Source: Callorhinchus milii (Eukaryota). Taken from it: DNA of 64,000 nt. The notes under the pieces are model-generated. The model had not been told where the DNA came from, ran no database searches, and worked only from the letters and a program-made list of their open reading frames with translations. Every line of letters begins with the position of its first letter. Position 1 is the first letter of the stretch. This document shows, piece by piece, positions 39,866 through 52,748 of this stretch. The stretch is taken from assembly GCF_018977255.1 (NCBI RefSeq), contig NW_024704743.1:48920001-48984000 (forward strand), written 5' to 3'. The translations under genes and the position numbers were made by a program.

Positions 39866-41536
39866 GCTAAGTTACAGTAGTTAATTGTAAGGAAACAGAA
39901 TATGTTTGTTTTGTTCAACGTATGTGGAAAGCTGTTGTTGTGGCCCATGACTGTACAGTACTCCAGTGCAGATCATGGTACTTGATAATTAATCAGCCCC
40001 GGACCTCACTCTGTGGAGTGCTAAAGTGGATTGTTTGAAGCTGGTGCAGAGAAAATTTGTTTAAAACTCTGCAATATCAGATGTGTGTGTGTACGTGTGA
40101 ATTTGTATGTGTGCGGGCGCTTGTTTAGCACATAATCTAAAATTGGAACTTGAGAGAGAAGATTAATTGGCTCCTGCGTCAATATGTTTGAGGTGTCAAG
40201 CTGAGACCAAGCAAAGCAGACAAATCTGTAGAAAGAAGCACCAATGTCTGCTAGTTTTATAGCATAAAGCTAATGTTAATGACCAGTCACATGTTCACTC
40301 TTTCTACCTAACAAGAGGAAAAACAAGGAATAATAGAGATTAAAAATTAAAAATGTTTAAAAATTAACGACAAGCAGGAGCCCTGATGCAAGTTACATTT
40401 TTAATGTAACTTAACTCACTAGAGTTAACTCACCAGAGGCCTGAAATTCTTTCTGATCTGAACTTTCAAGATCAATTTGTCCTAGAATTTAAAGTTTGTA
40501 CAGAATTGTGGAAAATTCGTAAATCAGGTATTGATTTGGAAGCTGTTTTTCCAAAGTCATTTAACATAAGTCTGTATAAAAAATGAAAATGCAGTGCTCC
40601 TGTAACTAGGAGAGGCCACACAGTATTAGCTGTACCTTAGTCGAGCCCAGTAGTAATCTCTGTGCTGCTGGAACTCCAGATTAACGGCACAATTAATATC
40701 AATTTTTACCAATTATGCCACACCAAACAGAATAACATGTTACAGTGTTGTGCCTGCTGTTCAAAAAATAATGAAATTCAATCTGTTTCCAACTAGGTGC
40801 ATTCATGAATTGAGAACTAGAAAGAATTATTGTTAAAGATTAGAGTCCAAAGATGCTAAGTGATAACCGATCCTCTGTCTTCATTGAATCCATTGTCCAA
40901 TGTGTGGAAAGATAAATACTGAAGCTTTACTGTGGACATGGGCATCAATTATAAGACACTGGTTGAACCAAACCCAACCCAAACTGATCCTTTTTCACTG
41001 GCTTTATCTGAACAGGCGAAATAAGATTGGATCAGATGATTGAGGATCTGCATTTTGTCAAGGGCATCTGTTGTTAACACAATGGTTGAATTCATCTGTG
41101 GTTAAAAATACTCACTCAAGACTATTGGTTAACCAATGTCAAGGAAGGACTGCCAATGTTACACAGTTAAAACATTTGTAGTTTTGGTTTCAGAAACATT
41201 TTGAGACAATTGATTAAAACATAGTGATAATAATAAACAGCAAATTTCTTTTTATATAGCACATTTCACGTCAGGAGGATGTCTCAAAGCATTTCATAGA
41301 ATCAGCTGGGAGCTCAAGTTGTGGAGTGTATTATTATAATATCTCTTGCATTTGATACAGTGACTTATCACATCTTCAAGACGTCTCAAAGCACTTCACA
41401 GAATATAGTGTAAAGTGAATTCACTATATCTTTTGTTGGCGAAATGCACATTTCATGCCAGGAAGGCGCTTCAAAACACTTCACAGGATTTACTGTAAAG
41501 TGTAGGTGCTATTTATTTTATAGGCGAACAAAGTTG

Positions 41537-41850
41537 ATAATAATAATAATAATAATAATCCTTGCATTTGATATAGCGCTTTTCACGTCGGGAGGACGTC
41601 CCAAAGCGCTTCACAGAACACACTGCAAAGTGAATTGACTGTATATTTGTGGGCGAACGCGGCAGCCAATTGCGCACAGCAATGTCCCACAAACAGTCGT
41701 AGATTAAAAATGACCAATTTATTATTGTTTTTGGTTTTGGAGGGATTATTATTAGGCGTGTGGAGTAAGGAAACTTGCCCAAGGTTTCGCCCTGACCTGC
41801 CTGGAATTGAACTCAGGTCTCTCGCTTGCAAAGCGAGTGCTCTAACCACT
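41537..41850 (-). mobile_element. tRNA-Ala-derived SINE, short form, missing the first ~17 nt
   Basis: Collinear with 20365-20692; flanked by direct repeat ttgataata (41534-41542 and 41850-41858). Confidence 0.93.
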
Positions 41851-42129
41851 TGATAATATTAAGTGATTGATAATATTAATCAACACTCTCAACCTCTTTG
41901 TTCCTTTGATGCATTCCTGATTTTTCTTTCCTCTTGTGTTCTCTTGATTTTACTTTAGGTGTGTTCAGATGTGTGTGTAAGTGTATAAGTGTGGTTGTGC
42001 GTGCATCTGCTCGTCTGTGTATTAGGGTGTGTGTGAGTATAAAAAGTTATTTTGGGGATGCTTTCTTTCCTGATCAGTGGGAGAGCTTTCATGGGGGTTA
42101 GATAAGAATTCTCAAGGAACAAGAGGAGA

Positions 42130-42500
42130 ACAGACTGCTTGCGACTATCCACAGCTAATTTTTGCTATCTGACATGCAAGGCAAGCAGTACTGATGACTA
42201 AATAGAAGCCAGTTGGAAAGCTGTCACTGTGCCAGTGTAGGCAGACAGCTGCTGGGTGGGGGAGAGCTTTAACAGACTTAAACTGACAGTTTTGCTTTAG
42301 TAGGCAAACCACCAAGCTGATCTCTGGCCAGCCTTCACACCCCTGGCTTAGTCCATGTGTGACTTTGAGGGCAATGTGGTGGATGGATTGCGGTTAAGGT
42401 CACGTCCCCTGGCGTTGATCTCTGTTTGATTAATCTGCCACTTATCAGCTCCAACTGTAATTATACACAATTACAATCATTGATGAATTAGGCAAACCCT
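42130..42500. promoter_or_regulatory. Candidate conserved non-coding element / enhancer
   Basis: Unique sequence dense in TGACA, TGATTAAT, TAATTA and AAGGTCA motifs. Conservation not tested. Confidence 0.35.
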
Positions 42501-43036
42501 TGAGTTTAAATTCAAGTTGGTGGTGTAGAAACATATTGCAGCTGACTGCATTTTACAGCCAAAATATTTCACATAGTCTTTTACAATGCAGTTTACACAT
42601 TATCTGACATTATTATCTGACTTGAGCAATACAGATAGCCAAAAATCAGGAATTTTACACAGGTACAGAGTTCCTTGTATTTTCTAAAAGAACATCACTG
42701 TCTTGGCTAGACTTACTCTTAGCGTGTTACACTTAGAGCTATGCTTTTCAAAGTGCCTGTTGACCTGTGCTACTGGTTTACTCCAGGTTAAGCCCCAGTG
42801 GAACACATCACCTGGCACCTTCTTGTATTCCTTACAGAGCGTTTGTACAGAAGGCTGCCAGCTCTGCACACCTGGGTGGCCTGAGAGGGATGAACAATAT
42901 AGAGTATGTAAAGCAGAAATCAAGATTACAAATTCAAGAAATCAAATGGCTTTTTTTTAGAAAAAGTGCCATCTCATCAAATTCATCCATCATCTGTTTG
43001 CATCAGTCAGACTTGGTAAAATAGATCCTGTATACA

Positions 43037-43310
43037 ACATCAACAAAATATTTACATTTATATAGTACCTTTCACATCAGGAGGACATCTCAAAGTTCTT
43101 CATAGCTCCAATCAGGAGCCCGAGCTGGGGTTGTTGAAGCTGAGGAAGGCAAAGTGCCTTAAAGGTCAGAAGAAAAGAAAGATCTTAAAGCAAACTTTCA
43201 AGGTGGGGTGAGGGGGTGAAGTGGAGGTACTCCATGGAGTTTGAGAGCATGGCGGCAGAAAGCTTGCACACCAATGGTTGAACAGGTCGAGCGGATGCAC
43301 AAAATGGCCA
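43037..43310 (-). mobile_element. L2 3' relic
   Basis: caacatcaac...tttacatttatatagtacctttcacatcaggaggacatctcaaag...caccaatggttga. Confidence 0.7.
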
Positions 43311-43533
43311 AATGGTTAAAGTTGTTCCTCTGCGTCTCTATGTGTCTATGTGTGTGTGCATGTTGGGGAGAATGTTGGGAGTGCGTTGCTATTTTCTTTT
43401 AAAAAGGAACACATGCATTTGAATTTGAATGTTGTAAGCCAGCAAAACATCTCATTTTATACCAGAATCTTAGTTCAACTTGGATCGTTTCAGATTTTGT
43501 ATTTAAGATGTACTGTGCATCCCCTGTGTGTGT

Positions 43534-43599
43534 GGGGGGAGGGGGGGGAGCGGGGGGGGTGTGGGGGGGACTGGGGGTGGGGGGCAGGGGGTGGGGGGG
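43534..43599 (+). repeat. G-run tract with G-quadruplex potential
   Basis: Eight runs of 5-8 G separated by 1-4 nt. Confidence 0.8.
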
Positions 43600-45044
43600 T
43601 GTTTCTGGAGTTATGGGTGCATGAATAGCATTCTGGTTCAAAAGTAAGTGGGAACACTGCTCTATTAACCATGCAGTTATGCAGGACCGCAATCTCCCAC
43701 ATGTCGAAGGGAGGAAGATTGATGTGTGCAGACAAGGGACACAGATTTTTTGTATCAAATTGTTTTGACAGGAAATACCCCATTGTCAGATCTCATAGAT
43801 TCTAACAGGAAGGTAAATTTGTTGGTCACTTGTAAAGTTTTGTTGCAGGTCCTTTATGTACAAGATGAAGGGCAGAATAAAGAGAGAGAATCTATGCATA
43901 CTTAGTGTATGTTAGCACTCAAATTGAACTGCTACATTGTGCTTCAACCAACGGAAAATGTGCAGGACAACATTTAACTTGTTAACATCAATTACAGACC
44001 GTCCTTATTCAGATTATTCAAACTCAGATTTTGTTCTCATTCTCACTCTTTATTGTGAAAGTATCTATAAATGTAAGTTGATGTTTATTTATCTACTTAT
44101 CTGTGAATCTGCCTATATCTATCAATATCTATACAGTGCATAATGTTAGTAAAAGAAAAACTGCGGTAACATTTGCAGCATTTCATAAGCATTTCAATGT
44201 GATATTTATCAATTGCAGTATGAAACACCACAATTTCACCACTATGTGTAAGAGAAAGACATGAAACACAGGGGAAATGGAAAAACACAGACAAAACACA
44301 GCTGTATTGACCCAAAAATTGAAGGGAAAGGGTAGAGACACAGCAGCAGAGAGAGAATAACAAGTGCTAACCACTGGTTTAGAGTGAGCACACACTTTGA
44401 TGTACTGTCAAAGGACAAAGTGAAGCAGATAAGTTAAATCTGCTTGAATCTATAACATATGCTTAGTTACTCCTGTAAATCAAATTCATGAGCACAAGTT
44501 AATCTCATTAGAAATCTAAGTATGTAGGTCTATAATGCACCATTCAGAAAACTGAACTTGCTACAAGAATTCCAATTTATATTTTGTGACTGAATTCACA
44601 GGATTCACTAACAACTTCCCGAAAGAGTCATGATCCCAAATACTTTTTTCAGCAATTTGTTTTCAGGTCATTTCCTGAATGGGCACAAATATAATCCAAT
44701 AATAGGTCAGAAGGCAATGCCGGGATTGCAATTTTAACAAATTTGTTAGTGAATTAAGTCGATTTCCTCCACTCCGTTACTGAAAATCCATGACAACAGA
44801 TTGGAACAAAGATTGGAGCCCCAATAAATATTTCAGACTTTCTTATGTTCATACCTGAGGCATTAAGCCAACTCCTGCAATCCTTTACCTTTGAGTTGAG
44901 ATCTCACCAATCAGCATGATGTACATGGGGTTTCCTGCTGGAAACATGCTTTACATCCCAAGATGCTTTTTCCAGCATTGAAGCACCATTTACCTGCAAA
45001 GTGCTTTACCAATTCCAGTGTGTTTATATGTGGGCAATTTTAGT

Positions 45045-45570
45045 TAATAACTCTTGCATTTGGTATAGGGCCTTGTCACACGGGAAGGACATCTCAACCG
45101 CTTCACAGGATTTACAATGAAGTGTAGTGACGTGTATGCAGTGTATTTGTAGGAAAACGCAGAAGTACAATTGCGCACAACAATGTCCCACAAACAGCGA
45201 TGAAACGAATGATCAATTTTATTTGGCGGATTATTGGCCAGGACACTGGGAGAAACTCCCTTCTCTTTTCAAACCTTGGTTTAATGTCTCCTCTGACAAT
45301 GCAATGTACCCCAAGCACTGATTGGAGCATCAGCTTAAACGGAAGCCAATTGTGCACAGCAGTGTCCCACAAACAGTCGTGGATTGAAGTGACTAATTTA
45401 TTACTTTTTTTTTGAAAAGCGATCCACCAATTGACTAACAACCAGGTTCTTACTTACTGCTGGGTAAACAGAGGCGGGTGGAGTAAGGAAACTTGCTCAA
45501 AATTTTGCCTTGCTGGGAATTGTATCCAGGTCTCTTGCTTGTGAGGTGAATGCTCTAACCAATGAGCTAA
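45045..45570 (-). mobile_element. Composite: older Deu-SINE (45045-~45335) adjoining a long-form tRNA SINE piece (~45340-45570)
   Basis: Two copies of the caattg(c/t)gcaca...gtcccacaaacag block, a Deu core (ttggccaggacactgggagaaactccc) and a tRNA head at 45480-45570. Confidence 0.8.
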
Positions 45571-47326
45571 AGTTATTTTTCCGCACTTCTTAAAAAGAAC
45601 CATAAAGACAGAATTTGAAGGGGTAGCACTGATAGTGTAATGAGTAGAGTTGCAGTTTATGGACCAAGTTGAAATCCTGTGAACCAGTCTGTGCTGAGTT
45701 TGCTGGTCATAGCCAAGCCATTGAGAGGTTAAATTCTCCCAGACTTTCCTAGGGTTACTGCTCTTATACTGGAAGCATGTGTGTGGCAACTGGGTGCCCT
45801 TTGCTGACACTCATTACCAATTCCATGTCTCAGTTGTATTAACATCTGATGGGCATTAACTATGGACCGAAGTAATCAATGACAAGAACAGAGAAAGGCT
45901 TCATTGTGCTTACAATGGGGGTTCCTAGACAATTCTGTGAAGCTCTTTGAGATGTCTTCTGATAGGAAAGGTGGTCATAAATGTAACATTGTGGTTATTG
46001 TTGTTGGTGCTGGTATACATTTATCTGCAATTCACTGTCTGTACAGAAAATTCAAACCAGATCAAAATGCAGAACAGTTCTTAATCCAACCACCAGAGGC
46101 GAACTAATGACACCTGATCTTACACAATCCTTTTGCCATGTTTGAGAAAAATGCCCCAATTAGGTCTTGACCTTGGTGCTGTAATTTTGTATAAAATGTA
46201 AATTTCACACACATGGTGTAAATCACACTACAGTACAATTGATCATATCCATCTGATGTACAAGGAAACAGCTGGAAACCATTTAAAATATTGTTCAATA
46301 CAAACAATGTGAATGTGATGCAGGAATAATTAATCATAACAATCCGTAACTGTTAATGTAAAGACCATTAACTTGAGTAATGGGTGTAGCATTATGGCTA
46401 TGTGAAGTGACACTATCCAGTTACCACCTGAATGTTAGCAGCTTAGCTAACTCAGGGCATGTCTTGTTTGACCATGGCAAAAGCTGCAGGGTCCCAGAAT
46501 ACATACATATTATATCTCATCATTTACACAACAAAGTCAGAATGGGATATAGACCACTGTAATAATACATGACAATACAATTTATATTTATATATACACA
46601 GAACCTTTCATATTGGGAGGACCATCCAACATGCTTGCCATTGCTGGCTGAACACCCAAGGGGTAGGAGCCAAACAGGATTGGAAGGGGAAAGATGACCA
46701 AGAGTGCTGTCAACGAGTTATGTCTTGAAGCAGGCTTTGAACGAGGGAGAAAGCAAGACCGAGGGATGCCGGGCAGTCCGTCAAGGACTGTTAGAGAGAG
46801 ACCAGCAAAACAGCATGAGCTGATCAGGTACCTACATCAATATTAAGCACATAAAATAGCAGGCACTGTAACTGATACTGGTCCTTTTCAAGCTTTTCAC
46901 ATCTTCTGAAGCATATTTTATTTTATTAAGCCACATTTCTCCATTGAACATTTTAACTTTATTTTCAAAATAAAAATTGCCTTAAAAAACTAGCAATTAA
47001 ACAGATACATCTGCACAAATGACTGATGGATAAATGGTATCCTTTGAGCAGGCCATTCTAATGGCACCTCGAGAAATTTAATCTGCCACAAAACTCCCAA
47101 TAGCCCTATAAACATAAATATGTGGGAGGACAAATAGACAACATGTGTTTACCTTTAGGGGCATGTCTGCTGAATATCTGGGATATTAATCTGTTAGGTC
47201 AGCTCAGTTCAGTTAGAATTTTTGTTTGCCAATTTGAATCAATCATTCTAGGTAAATGCAGTGAGATCCCAGGTCCAGATTCTTCCAGCATGCTGATGCC
47301 TTGTTCACTTTATGCTTGATTTACTA

Positions 47327-47595
47327 AAACAACTTGCATTTATACAGTGCCCTTCACATAGGATAACGTCTCGGAGCGCCTAACAATCATGGGATTGAAT
47401 GTTGAGCAACAGAGAAGTGGGGGAGGTGACCATATGAACAATTGAAGAGGCAGGTTTTAAGGCAGGACTTAAAAACAGATAAAGAGGGTGTGAGTTAGAG
47501 AGTTTCCTGAGGTTAGGGGTACAGTAGCTGAAGGTTCAGGCACCGACGGCACAAAGAGAGAGGGGAATGCCAGCTGGCCTGAGTTAGCCAAAGAC
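47327..47595 (-). mobile_element. L2 3' relic
   Basis: aacaacttgcatttatacagtgcccttcac...aggttttaaggcaggacttaaa. Confidence 0.7.
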
Positions 47596-47929
47596 CATTG
47601 AATTCCTAGATTGGTCATTGCATTCTTAATAATAACAATCCTTACCTTTATTATAGAGCCGATCAAGTCAGGAGAATGACTCAAAGTGCTTCACATGATA
47701 TACTTAAAATGGAGTGACTGTGTATTTTGTGGGCAAACTATGTACATTACTTAGCCATGTACACGGTCTTCTAGATATATGAGCATGGCTATAGGATGTT
47801 TATACTGTTAGTATACTGATGCTGTATACATTAATCACCTACCCAGGTTATTTTTTGAATTTTGAATGTGAGATTACCTCCTCAAGATATTTGACCAACA
47901 TATTTGACCACTCTCAAGCGGTATCGGTG

Positions 47930-47995
47930 CAGAGATCAGACAGTGAGGTGGATGAGCATTCAGAGATCAGACGTTGAGGTAGATGAGCATTCAGA
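47930..47995 (+). repeat. 31-bp tandem duplication
   Basis: cagagatcagacagtgaggtggatgagcatt / cagagatcagacgttgaggtagatgagcatt. Confidence 0.9.
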
Positions 47996-49017
47996 ATTAG
48001 GTTTGGTTAGATTTGGCCTGAATCTCCTTCTTCCCTTCAAATTGTTTTCTATTTCTAAACAGCATTAATAAGCTAGCAGGGAGCACCAGAGATTTTTATG
48101 CACTTGACTTCTACAATATCCAGGAAGCTTCAAATACATGAATGCTCGCTATACTTGCAGGAATCTCTAATATATCACAACCACATTAATGCCAGAAATC
48201 TACTAAACATCAAGTCTGCTAACATGAAAATGATACAAGGAAAACATTTGATGTATTCCTTGGTGTCATACATATGGAATCTGTAAACAATTTGATTGCT
48301 TGTGGTCCATGGTACGCAGCTGAATCCAATAGTGTCACAAAAACCAGAAATCTGAATATCCGAGACTGTATCTTTGATCACTGTCAACAGCTGAAATTAT
48401 GGTACTCAGACTTTGACTGCAACCATTCTGCTTTGAAACTAAGCACATTTATTTGCCTTGCAAATGGTAATGGTAACAGCGTTAATTCACAGAGCAACTA
48501 CCCGCTGCTGAGGATCAGCAAATTAGGTGCATTCATCCCATACAAAAAAGTTACCCAAATGTTAATTTATACATTTCTGTTTTAAAAGTGGCGAACTTCA
48601 GTGTCTGGGTAGAATTGGGAGGTTGAGCATAACAGTTATTATTATTAACAGTACAACAACTGCTCAGAATGCAGGTGCACAAAGATGCAATAAACTGAAC
48701 ACTGCAGAACGTGAGGGAAGAGAGCGAGAGAAGCACAAGAATGAAAAAAGATACAAGAAAGTTTTTAAAGAATTGTATGATGCATTTTAATTGAGCCATA
48801 AAAATATGTAAATTAAAAAATGTTTCTCAATCATCTTTTAGGTGACATGTCCTATTTGTGATTATTAAATATGAAAACAATCCAGTGTTCTTCCCCATTC
48901 ACCCCAGGTCCCTCGCATTTTAATCTTTTGCTTAATCTTTGAGAACAAAGGGAAATGTGCTGTATTAGTCTAATTTTTTGTAGTTGCTGTAGTGTAATTT
49001 TTAAAGCATAAAGCTAA

Positions 49018-49552
49018 ACAACAACATTAGTATAGCACCTTTCAGGAGGACTTCCCAAGGCACTGGACAGTGTACAGCATTTTAGACCCGAGCCGGGGTC
49101 AGTGCGGTTAAAGGGAGGGGAAGGGGGGTGGCCGATGGCATGGTCGAAGAGGAGGGTCTTGAGGCGGGACTTGAAGGACGCTAAGGAGGGGGCGAGGCGG
49201 AGTGACTGGGGGATGGAATTCCAGAGGTTGGGGGCAGAGTAGTTGAAGGCTCTCCCGCCAATGGTGGGGCGGGTGGGTCGGTGGACGCAGAGCAGGCCAG
49301 AGCCGGCTGAGCGGAGGGAGCAGGTGGGTTGGGAGGGTGTTAAGAGTTCACAGAGGTACGGTGGGGCGAGGCCCTGGAGGGCTATTTATGTGAAGACTAG
49401 GTTCTTGAATTAGATCTTCTGAAGGATAGGGAGCCAATGGAATCGGGCGAGAGTGGGAGAGATGGGGTCACGGAGTTTGGTGCAGGAGAGGACACGGGCT
49501 GCAGAGTTCTGGAATATCTGCAGCCTGTGGAGAGAGGAGTTGGGAAGACCGA
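49018..49552 (-). mobile_element. L2 LINE 3' fragment, relatively well preserved
   Basis: Minus strand: VGLPNSSLHRLQIFQNSAARVL...HWLPI...TIGGRAFNYSAPNLWNSIPQSLRLAPSLASFKSRLKTLLFD; (caa)n tail at 49018. Confidence 0.95.
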
Positions 49553-49739
49553 CAACATATTTTACAGAAAATATGTCACTAAGATTTTTTCTAGTAGAAT
49601 AAAATGCATCATTTTTAATATTATATCAGAGCTCTGGAAGTCTACATAGCTATTTATTTTCCATTTGAAATTAGAATTGATGTCCATTTTAATTTTATAT
49701 AAATTAGTTTACGTTAATTATTGGAAGTTATACAGCAAG

Positions 49740-51272
49740 AACCATAAAATGATAGAAATTTGCAGCTAGAGTACAATGTTTGTCTGTTGTTATTGAAATA
49801 TAGAAATCTATATGCGCAAAAGGGGACCGTTCACCCCAACAAGTGTGTACTGGCTCATACAGTGAGGATATTGCTTCAATCCTACCAGCTCGCTTTAACC
49901 CATATCCCTTCAAGTGCCTCTCTTCATATGCCTATCTACTTCCCTTCTGAAAAGTATAATGCACTCTGTTTCTAATGTCCTAATCAAAAGGGTGTTCCAT
50001 ATCCCAATTACTCTCCTCCTAACTTTTCCTTTCTCTCTTCTTGTGACTATCTTAGAACTATGTTCCCTAGTTATTGACTCCCCTAGCAATGGAAAAAACT
50101 TCTCTATTTATCCTACAAAACCCCCTCATAATCTTGTACACCTCTATCAGGTCCCCCCCAACCTTCTCTGTCCCAATTGAAACAGACCCAGTCTCTCCAA
50201 TCTCGCCTCAAAACTATAGCCCTTCATCCCCAGAATCATTCTTGTAAACCTCCTCTGTACCCTCGCTAAGCCCTAACATCTTTCCTTAAGTGAGGTGCCC
50301 AGAGCTGGACGCAATACTCCAGTTGCAGCCTAACAAATGATTTAAACATACTTAGCACAATTGCTTTATTTTTGTACTCTATGCCCCTGTGTATAAAACC
50401 CTGCATATTATTAGCTTTCTATATACCCTTTGTAACTTGCGATGCCACTCTCAGTGACCTACATACCAGCACTCCCAAATCCCTTTGCCCCTCAGTGGCT
50501 TGCAATTCAGTATATTCACTCTTCCCCTGTTTTTTCTACCAAAATGAATCACCTCACATTTCACTTCATTGAATCTCATCTGTCACTGATCAGCCCATTG
50601 CACTAAAGTGTTTAAATCCTCTTGCAGTCTCTTGCCCTCATCATCACTATTCACAATACTTCCTAGCTTGGTAACATCCACAAACTTTGATACCGTACCT
50701 CCTATATCCAAGTCAAGGTCATTGATATAAATGGAGAAACCTAGACCCCTGGGGTACATGACTAGCTACCTTTGTCCAACTGGAAAACAACAACAACAAC
50801 AACAAGATTCCATTTATTGAGCGCCTTTCACGTCTGGAGGACGACCCAAGGCGCTGTACAGTTAGGTCAGGACCCGAGCAAGGGGGAGAATGGTCAGGGT
50901 GAGGGGAGGGAAGGGAGGGAGCGAGGAGGGGGTAGAGAGTCGAGAGGGGAGCTGAAGGCACGGTCAAAGAGAAAGGTCTTGAGACCGGCCTTGAAGGAGG
51001 AAAGGGAGGAAGCGGCGAAGGCACTGGGGGATAGAGTTCCAGAGCCTAGGGGCTGAGAAAAACAACCTTTTAGCCCTACGCTCTGCATTCTATCCTTCAA
51101 TCATCCTTCTCTACAAACCGCTTTGTTTCCCTCTATTCCATGTGCCCTAAGTTTCTTTACCAATCTTGCATGTGGCACCTAATCAAATGCCTTTAGGAAA
51201 TCCAAATATACTGCATTTATAGGATCGCCTTGATCTACACGTGCAGGTACTACTTCAAAGAACTCTATTAAA
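49740..51272 (-). mobile_element. CR1 LINE fragment (RT region to 3' end) interrupted by an L2 insertion
   Basis: gtgcccagagctggacgcaatactcca (LEYCVQLWAP on minus), ttggtaacatccacaaactt (KFVDVTK, degenerate KFADDTK), tcaaatgcctttaggaaatcca (DFLKAFD). Confidence 0.92.
50787..51056 (-). mobile_element. 5'-truncated young L2 nested in CR1
   Basis: (caa)n tail then gattccatttattgagcgcctttcacgtc; minus strand reads SLSSFKAGLKTFLFDRAF. Confidence 0.92.
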
Positions 51273-52615
51273 ATCCCCACAATATTAAATTAGTTGGGTA
51301 GAGTTTGCGATAAAGCAGATTATACATTTCCTGTGAAAAAAATCAGTTTGAAGGACTGAATGACCTTTTCTCTTATTCCACGATTTTGTTATTTTCCAAA
51401 GATTGACATTTGAATTCATGATCTATGACCTTATTTTAAATCTAACTTGTAAACACCAGCTCATTCAATCCCTACAAGCCAGACTCCAAATTTCACAATC
51501 TCTCTTACCTAAAGTTTAGCGCGCTCAATTTGTCCAGTAAACATCCAAACTATTCACCAAAATTAGGATGTCTTATAAAAAGGACTGGCGTTTCAGAAGT
51601 GGATTGTTTTATGACCAGGACAGGGGGAACCCCCTCATATTTATCAGAGAATGCGCTTCCCTGGAGACTCGAGGAGTAGATGAAAGAAATACAACTTAAG
51701 TCTGGAATGGTTCCTCGACCTTTTAGCAGAGGGAATCAAAACTTCATTCTCGGTCGAATGATTTAAGATGATAATAAATGTGTGCTGCGTTGGAGGTAAA
51801 TGAGAACAGTATCTCGCAGTAAGTTCACTTGCAGGAGGTAGCTGAAGAATGTTATATGAACCCCCCTCCTCCCCAAACCAAGCTTTCCAGGTTTTTTACT
51901 TTATGCAAGTTCAAGTCAACAACTTTACAGAGTGTCTGTGTTTTAGGGTTCAGATACAATTAGAAAGCCTATGTCTGAAAATCTATCTACTGTGTTTCTC
52001 TCTGACCAGAAACAAACATATTGTTTTGTACTGGGTGTTCACCACATCTCTATTGTACCTGCTCTCAAAAGTTCCATATCTCTTTTGCCTAATTTCATTA
52101 TTGTCTCATATCTGTATTTCCGAATTTCTCTATTGTTGCTTATCTCTGTTGTCCCAATTTCTTTAAGTACAGTTTGGGAAAGAAACTGAAAATAATATAT
52201 TCACATACCAGTTGATTTCAACTAGTAGCACAGGCAACTTATGAACTCTTAGTAAGAAGTTCTGTGCTCCGAGACACAACCTGTTTGAAGGGATCTATAA
52301 ATGCAAGTTGTTGTTGTTGTTGATGATAAATTGATGAAATAGACTTTATTTTAGATTATGTAGGCTTCCCCTTACAGCTCCGGAAGCTGTGTTAAATTCA
52401 CATTAGTAAAATGTGACTGACTAATACAGTACTTTATTCTTTAATAACTATAATAAGGGAAATAAAGTTGAACCATACGACCATAGATATTTACCTCACA
52501 GGTAGAGGTCATTCAGCCTGTGCTGGGTATGCCTGTGTTGGATTTCTGAAAGAGCAATCCATTTAGCCCCATTCTTTTAGATATAAACTCTAACAGATTG
52601 CTTATCCAATATAAC

Positions 52616-52748
52616 GCCTGAAATCCCCTCCAGCCTGAGTCTGTAGGATTGTTTTGTCTTAAAATTAAATTTTAAAATTATTCCCAAAATCTGAACAATG
52701 TTACATGTTAAGGCAAAATAGTTTTACAGTCTCAGGCTGGATGGAATT
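52616..52748. mobile_element. Hairpin MITE
   Basis: tccagcctgagtctgta versus tacagtctcaggctgga. Confidence 0.65.

Noticed and set aside
43849..43906. Plus-strand exon (ttgcag|...|gtatgt)
   Set aside because: Two frames have stops and the third (SFMYKMKGRIKRENLCILS) has no recognisable homology; no supporting neighbours.
47930..47995. CRISPR-like repeat
   Set aside because: Two adjacent units without spacers in a eukaryotic context; a simple tandem duplication.
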